Position numbers and translations under genes: made by a program. From a virus (Duplodnaviria > Heunggongvirae > Uroviricota > Caudoviricetes): DNA of 11,078 bases. Position 1 is the first letter of the stretch, and every line of letters begins with the position of its first letter. Location: IMG/VR virus record IMGVR_UViG_2534681663_000021, positions 1-11,078 of that record. The stretch is one strand, 5' to 3'. Positions 6,527-11,078 of the stretch are shown here, in pieces. Under the pieces are notes generated by a model. It was not told the DNA's origin, did no database searches, and was given only the letters and a program-made list of their open reading frames with translations.

Positions 6527-8860
6527 ATGAAAATGAACGTAACCGCCACCGTCAGCCATGCGCTCGGCCACTGGCCGCGTATTCTCCCGGCGCTGGGGAT
6601 TCAGGTGCTGAAAAACCGTCATCAGCCCTGTCCGGTCTGTGGCGGGAGTGACCGCTTCCGTTTTGATGACAGGGAGGGGCGCGGCACCTGGTACTGCAAT
6701 CAGTGTGGTGCCGGTGACGGCCTGAAACTGGTTGAAAAGGTGTTTGGTGTCTCCCCGTCCGACGCGGCCGCAAAGGTGGCTGCCGTGACCGGCAGTCTGC
6801 CCCCGGCTGACCCGGCAGTGACGGCCGCCGCCGTTGCTGAAACAGACGCTGCCCGGAAGAACGCCGCCGCACTGGCACAAACCCTGATGGCGAAAACCCG
6901 TCCCGGAACCGGTAACGCCTACCTGACCCGCAAGGGCTTTCCCGGCCGGGAATGCCGGATGCTGACCGGCACACACAGAGCCGGTGGCGTGAGCTGGCGC
7001 GCCGGTGACCTTGTGGTGCCACTGTATGACGACAGCGGCGAACTGGTTAACCTTCAGTTAATCAGTGCTGACGGCCGTAAGCGCACCCTGAAAGGCGGAC
7101 AGGTCAGGGGCACCTGTCACACCCTTGAAGGACAGAATCAGGCCGGAAAACGTCTGTGGATAGCGGAGGGATACGCGACCGCACTTACCGTGCATCACCT
7201 GACCGGTGAAACGGTGATGGTGGCGCTTTCTTCCGTGAACCTCCTTTCTCTGGCCAGCCTTGCCCGGCAGAAGCATCCGGCCTGTCAGATTGTCCTTGCC
7301 GCAGACCGTGACCTCAGCGGTGACGGCCAGACAAAAGCCGCCGCAGCCGCAGATGCGTGTGAGGGCGTTGTTGCCCTGCCGCCGGTCTTCGGTGACTGGA
7401 ATGATGCCTTCACGCAGTACGGCGGGGAGGCCACCCGTAAGGCCATTTACGATGCCATCCGGCCACCGGCTGAAAGCCCGTTCGACACCATGAGCGAAGC
7501 AGAGTTTTCCGCCATGAGTACCAGCGAAAAGGCCATGCGTATCTATGAGCATTACGGCGAGGCGCTCGCGGTCGATGCCAACGGCCAGCTTCTGTCCCGC
7601 TATGAAAATGGTGTCTGGAAGGTGCTGCCGCCACAGGACTTTGCCCGGGATGTGGCCGGGCTGTTTCAGCGTCTGCGCGCGCCGTTCTCCTCCGGGAAGG
7701 TGGCCTCCGTGGTGGACACCCTGAAGCTGATTATTCCGCAGCAGGAAGCCCCATCCCGCCGCCTGATTGGCTTTCGTAACGGCGTGCTCGACACGCAGAA
7801 CGGCACGTTCCACCCGCACAGTCCGTCACACTGGATGCGCACCCTGTGCGATGTGGATTTCACCCCGCCGGTGGACGGTGAAACGCTGGAAACCCACGCC
7901 CCCGCGTTCTGGCGCTGGCTTGACCGTGCTGCCGGTGGTCGTGCGGAAAAACGCGACGTGATTCTGGCCGCACTGTTTATGGTGCTGGCAAACCGCTACG
8001 ACTGGCAGCTCTTTCTGGAGGTGACCGGTCCCGGCGGCAGCGGCAAAAGTATCATGGCCGAAATAGCCACCCTGCTGGCCGGGGAGGATAACGCCACGTC
8101 GGCCACCATCGAGACGCTGGAATCCCCGCGTGAACGTGCCGCGTTAACTGGCTTCTCACTGATACGCCTGCCGGACCAGGAAAAATGGAGCGGCGACGGT
8201 GCCGGACTCAAGGCCATCACCGGCGGCGACGCGGTGTCCGTTGACCCGAAATACCGGGATGCGTACTCCACGCATATCCCGGCGGTAATTCTGGCCGTGA
8301 ACAATAACCCGATGCGCTTCACCGACCGCAGCGGCGGCGTGTCACGCCGGCGGGTGATTATTCACTTCCCGGAACAGATAGCCCCGCAGGAGCGCGACCC
8401 GCAGCTTAAGGACAAAATCACCCACGAGCTGGCGGTCATCGTGCGTCACCTGATGCAGAAGTTCAGCGACCCGATGCTCGCCCGGTCACTGCTTCAGTCC
8501 CAGCAGAACTCAGACGAGGCGCTGAACATCAAACGGGATGCCGACCCGACGTTTGATTTTATCGGCTATCTGGAAACCCTGCCGCAGACCAGCGGCATGT
8601 ATATGGGGAACGCCAGTATCATCCCGCGCAATTACCGTAAATACCTCTATCACGCCTATCTGGCCTACATGGAGGCAAACGGCTACCGGAATGTACTCAG
8701 TCTGAAAATGTTCGGACTGGGGCTGCCGGTGATGCTGAAGGAATACGGGCTGAATTACGAGAAGCGCCATACCAAACAGGGGATACAGACCAACCTGACG
8801 CTGAAAGAGGAAAGCTACGGCGACTGGCTGCCAAAATGTGACGACCCTGCAACAGCCTGA
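6527..8860 (+). CDS. alpha: Alpha protein: bifunctional primase-helicase with origin-binding C-terminus
   Basis: 777-aa ORF, matching P4 alpha in length. N-terminal zinc ribbon (CPVCGGSDRF...YCNQCGAGDG), TOPRIM-like acidic motifs (LWIAEGYATA; VLAADRDLSGDG), Walker A P-loop (TGPGGSGKS). AGGAGA RBS. Flanked by the TGTTCACC iterons it should bind. Confidence 0.9.
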   Translation: MKMNVTATVSHALGHWPRILPALGIQVLKNRHQPCPVCGGSDRFRFDDREGRGTWYCNQCGAGDGLKLVEKVFGVSPSDAAAKVAAVTGSLPPADPAVTAAAVAETDAARKNAAALAQTLMAKTRPGTGNAYLTRKGFPGRECRMLTGTHRAGGVSWRAGDLVVPLYDDSGELVNLQLISADGRKRTLKGGQVRGTCHTLEGQNQAGKRLWIAEGYATALTVHHLTGETVMVALSSVNLLSLASLARQKHPACQIVLAADRDLSGDGQTKAAAAADACEGVVALPPVFGDWNDAFTQYGGEATRKAIYDAIRPPAESPFDTMSEAEFSAMSTSEKAMRIYEHYGEALAVDANGQLLSRYENGVWKVLPPQDFARDVAGLFQRLRAPFSSGKVASVVDTLKLIIPQQEAPSRRLIGFRNGVLDTQNGTFHPHSPSHWMRTLCDVDFTPPVDGETLETHAPAFWRWLDRAAGGRAEKRDVILAALFMVLANRYDWQLFLEVTGPGGSGKSIMAEIATLLAGEDNATSATIETLESPRERAALTGFSLIRLPDQEKWSGDGAGLKAITGGDAVSVDPKYRDAYSTHIPAVILAVNNNPMRFTDRSGGVSRRRVIIHFPEQIAPQERDPQLKDKITHELAVIVRHLMQKFSDPMLARSLLQSQQNSDEALNIKRDADPTFDFIGYLETLPQTSGMYMGNASIIPRNYRKYLYHAYLAYMEANGYRNVLSLKMFGLGLPVMLKEYGLNYEKRHTKQGIQTNLTLKEESYGDWLPKCDDPATA

Positions 8861-8867
8861 CCCACCT

Positions 8868-8892
8868 GACCGGCATCTGCCGGTCTTTTTTT
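8868..8892 (+). terminator. Rho-independent terminator downstream of alpha
   Basis: GACCGGCA-TC-TGCCGGTC hairpin at 8868-8885 followed by seven T (8886-8892), eight bases after the alpha stop codon. Confidence 0.7.
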
Positions 8893-8910
8893 ATCCCTGA
8901 ATTCCCCGAA

Positions 8911-9002
8911 GGTGAACAATCCACTGTTCACCCTTCACCGTATATTAACCCGTTATCACACTGAAATTAAAAGAGAAAAATGAAAGGTGAACAGTGTGAA
9001 CA
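8911..9002. repeat. crr-like (cis replication region) iteron cluster
   Basis: GGTGAACA at 8911-8918 and 8986-8993, TGTTCACC at 8925-8932, degenerate TGTGAACA at 8995-9002. Same octamer as the ori cluster, located just 3' of alpha as in P4. Confidence 0.7.
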
Positions 9003-9271
9003 ATCAAATCAAAAAAACTTTCTACTCCCACTATAGCCTGACTGGTCGTCTCCAAAACGAGCGGAAAAGCATCAACAATGAATAGTTAACTGTTAACTCC
9101 GCGCCAACTCATTACCACTTAACTCAATGATATTAAATGGAAAACTATCGAAATGAATACTCTGCAAAATTAAATGCAAAAAAATATATGCCAGTCAAAT
9201 TTCGTTACGCACTCTCTTCCAAGAAAGAGATAAATGCTTTATACGTCCACCATACTATGTTATTTTTTTAA

Positions 9272-9412
9272 TACGGCTCTGCCTTAAATCTGTGAGGTTG
9301 TTTCGCCTCGAAGTATCTTATGTTAGCACATCACGCTACCAATCAGCGGTTAGTTACTTGACGTAACTGTTAATTGGCTAAAGTTTGCATAGAGTGATTG
9401 GGCGGAGCCGTA
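9272..9412 (+). ncRNA. Candidate retron msr/msd non-coding RNA, bounded by an a1/a2-like inverted repeat
   Basis: 12-bp inverted repeat with one mismatch: TACGGCTCTGCC (9272-9283) and GGCGGAGCCGTA (9401-9412), ending 35 nt before the RT start codon. Internal hairpins at TGAGG...CCTCG and AGTTAC-TTGAC-GTAACT. Spacing and position resemble retron ncRNAs; nothing else supports it. Confidence 0.25.
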
Positions 9413-9446
9413 AATTTAGTCCATAAATACAGTAACGAGGTAGAGA

Positions 9447-11078
9447 GTGTCTTTACATGACAAGCTACTGATGCTTAGTCTCAATTCGGCGAATAAAGAA
9501 GAAGATGAGACAATCCCGGAGTTACCTAAGTTAGAGCCTCAGCCCTATCAAGCTGGAAATAAGTTGAAATGGGATAATAAAGAGCTGAAAAATCAGCCCA
9601 TCACTTCAAAGAATGACATTAATGTAATATGCAAAAAAATTGAAAACAAAAGCATTGTAATTACATCAGCAAACGATGTAGCCAATCTGTTAGAAGTCCC
9701 GGTCGGACAATTATTATTTATTTTATATAATAAAAAAGATAACTATAGAACTTTTGAAATAAAAAAGAAAAATGGAAAAAGTAGAATCATAAATGCACCT
9801 CAAGGCGGTTTATCAATTCTGCAAGAGAAATTAAAGCCAGTTCTTGAGTACTTTTATCGTCCCAAAAAACCAGCACATGGATTTATTAAGGATAAAAGTA
9901 TATTAACAAATGCAGAAAAACATACAAAGAAAAAATATGTTGTTAATGTAGATTTAGAAAATTATTTTGGTTCAGTCACTTTCGCTAGAGTATATGGGAT
10001 ATTTAAAAGTAAGCCATTTAATTTCTCTCATCCTGCGGCGAGTATATTAGCTCAACTATGTACTAAGGATGGAAAATTACCTCAAGGAGCATGTACCTCC
10101 CCTGTTCTAGCAAATTTAGCATCAGCCTCACTCGATAAACACCTAACCCAACTGGCACGTAGAAAAAACATCACATATACAAGATATGCAGATGATATTA
10201 CTTTTTCATTTAATCAACGACAAGTCAGAGAAATCATAACGCTAGATAATGAAAATAATTTTGAATTGGGCGAGGCGATTATCTCTGTGATAGAGAAAAG
10301 TGGCTTCAGCATAAACACAAGTAAATTCAGAGTTCAGAAAAGAAATGAACGTCAAAAAGTTACTGGTCTAGTGGTAAATGAAAAAGTAAATGTTGAGCGT
10401 AAATATCTTAGAGTTACTCGTTCATTAGTTCATAAATGGAGAGAAGACAAGTTAACATCAGCATTGTTGTTTGTTACTAAAAAAGGTTTTAAGGCAACAA
10501 ATAACGAACATGCTATATCAATTTTTCGCAATCATATTTATGGGCGATTGAGTTTTATAAAAATGATCCGTGGTGAGGACTTCCCGTTATATCTTAAATT
10601 AATGGCTGAAATGAGTCATCATGATCCTTTAAAAACAAAAGAAGGGCTTAGAGCAATGAAAGAAACTGAAACTTACGATGTATTTATTTGTCATGCAAGC
10701 GAAGATAAAACATCCATCGCAATTCCAATTTACGAAGAATTAATTAAATTAAATATATCAACATTCATAGATCATGTTGAAATAAATTGGGGCGATTCAT
10801 TAATCCAAAAAATTAACTCAGCTCTTGTAAAGTCTAAATATGTAATTGCCATTCTTTCGGCTAATTCTGTAGATAAACATTGGCCTAAGAAAGAATTGCA
10901 TTCTGTGCTTGCAAGAGAAATCACTGAAGGTGAAGTAAAATTACTTACTCTTGTAAAAGAAGCAGATGAAGCAATAGTTGCTGAATCTTTGCCGCTCTTA
11001 AGTGATAAGCTTTATATGACCTATAAAGATAATCCGGCAGAAGTTGCAGATAAGGTTCGTGCGCTTTTAAACAAGTGA
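9447..11078 (+). CDS. Reverse transcriptase (retron-type motifs) fused to a C-terminal TIR domain
   Basis: 543-aa AT-rich ORF. RT motifs: NAEKH (NAxxH) followed by YVVNVDLENYFGSV, LPQGACTSPVLANL, RYADDITF (YxDD), KVTGLVVNE (VTG). C-terminal ~130 aa: YDVFICHASEDK...YVIAILSANSVDKHWPKKELHSVLA, a TIR-domain signature that includes the candidate catalytic Glu in KKEL. Confidence 0.85.
   Translation: MSLHDKLLMLSLNSANKEEDETIPELPKLEPQPYQAGNKLKWDNKELKNQPITSKNDINVICKKIENKSIVITSANDVANLLEVPVGQLLFILYNKKDNYRTFEIKKKNGKSRIINAPQGGLSILQEKLKPVLEYFYRPKKPAHGFIKDKSILTNAEKHTKKKYVVNVDLENYFGSVTFARVYGIFKSKPFNFSHPAASILAQLCTKDGKLPQGACTSPVLANLASASLDKHLTQLARRKNITYTRYADDITFSFNQRQVREIITLDNENNFELGEAIISVIEKSGFSINTSKFRVQKRNERQKVTGLVVNEKVNVERKYLRVTRSLVHKWREDKLTSALLFVTKKGFKATNNEHAISIFRNHIYGRLSFIKMIRGEDFPLYLKLMAEMSHHDPLKTKEGLRAMKETETYDVFICHASEDKTSIAIPIYEELIKLNISTFIDHVEINWGDSLIQKINSALVKSKYVIAILSANSVDKHWPKKELHSVLAREITEGEVKLLTLVKEADEAIVAESLPLLSDKLYMTYKDNPAEVADKVRALLNK

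Noticed and set aside
6485-7819. Long minus-strand ORFs (163, 156 and 253 aa) antisense to the alpha gene
   Set aside because: They lie entirely within the well-supported 777-aa alpha ORF in a GC-rich region where spurious open frames are expected; proline/arginine/glycine-rich low-complexity translations, no RBS or motif support.
7996-8924. Minus-strand ORFs (108, 86 and 75 aa) at the 3' end of alpha
   Set aside because: Antisense to alpha or spanning its terminator, with no start signals; the region is accounted for by alpha and its terminator.
9085-9098. Tandem GTTAACT GTTAACT, each unit containing a palindromic GTTAAC hexamer
   Set aside because: Too short to assign a function from sequence alone; noted as a possible operator or junction remnant but not reported as a feature.
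9003-9446. Search for a tRNA gene or tRNA 3'-end fragment (attR) after crr
   Set aside because: No T-loop-like GTTCRANYC motif followed by an acceptor stem and CCA was found, and the attL tRNA is outside the window for comparison, so no att site is called.

Overview
This window is an almost complete P4-like phage satellite (phage-plasmid) prophage, read from the integrase start codon to just past its replication region, with two strongly AT-rich cargo modules set into a GC-rich backbone. The backbone is recognisable directly from sequence: a P4-type tyrosine integrase (1-1197), the P2/P4 cohesive-end sequence (2169-2187), psu / single-domain delta / frameshifted sid on the minus strand (2352-3914), a divergent late-promoter region with two TGT-N12-ACA dyads, an ori-like cluster of TGTTCACC iterons (4084-4187), an operon of an AlpA-like regulator plus 199-, 95-, 151- and 106-codon ORFs, the 777-aa alpha primase-helicase (6527-8860), and a second iteron cluster (crr-like, 8911-9002). 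Cargo 1 is a single 318-aa AT-rich ORF (1187-2143) in the integrase-to-cos slot, the position known to be a defence hotspot in P4-like satellites; it has a C-terminal Rx4H motif compatible with a HEPN-type RNase, and is the best candidate for an undescribed single-gene defence or abortive-infection factor. Cargo 2 is an AT-rich module beginning right after crr (about 9005 to the window end), encoding a 543-aa reverse transcriptase with retron-type motifs fused to a C-terminal TIR domain, preceded by about 440 bp of non-coding DNA that may encode a retron msr/msd RNA. No attL/attR or tRNA is visible, so whether cargo 2 lies inside the satellite or in flanking DNA is open. All family assignments rest on motifs and recalled knowledge of P4/P2 biology; no database search was run.
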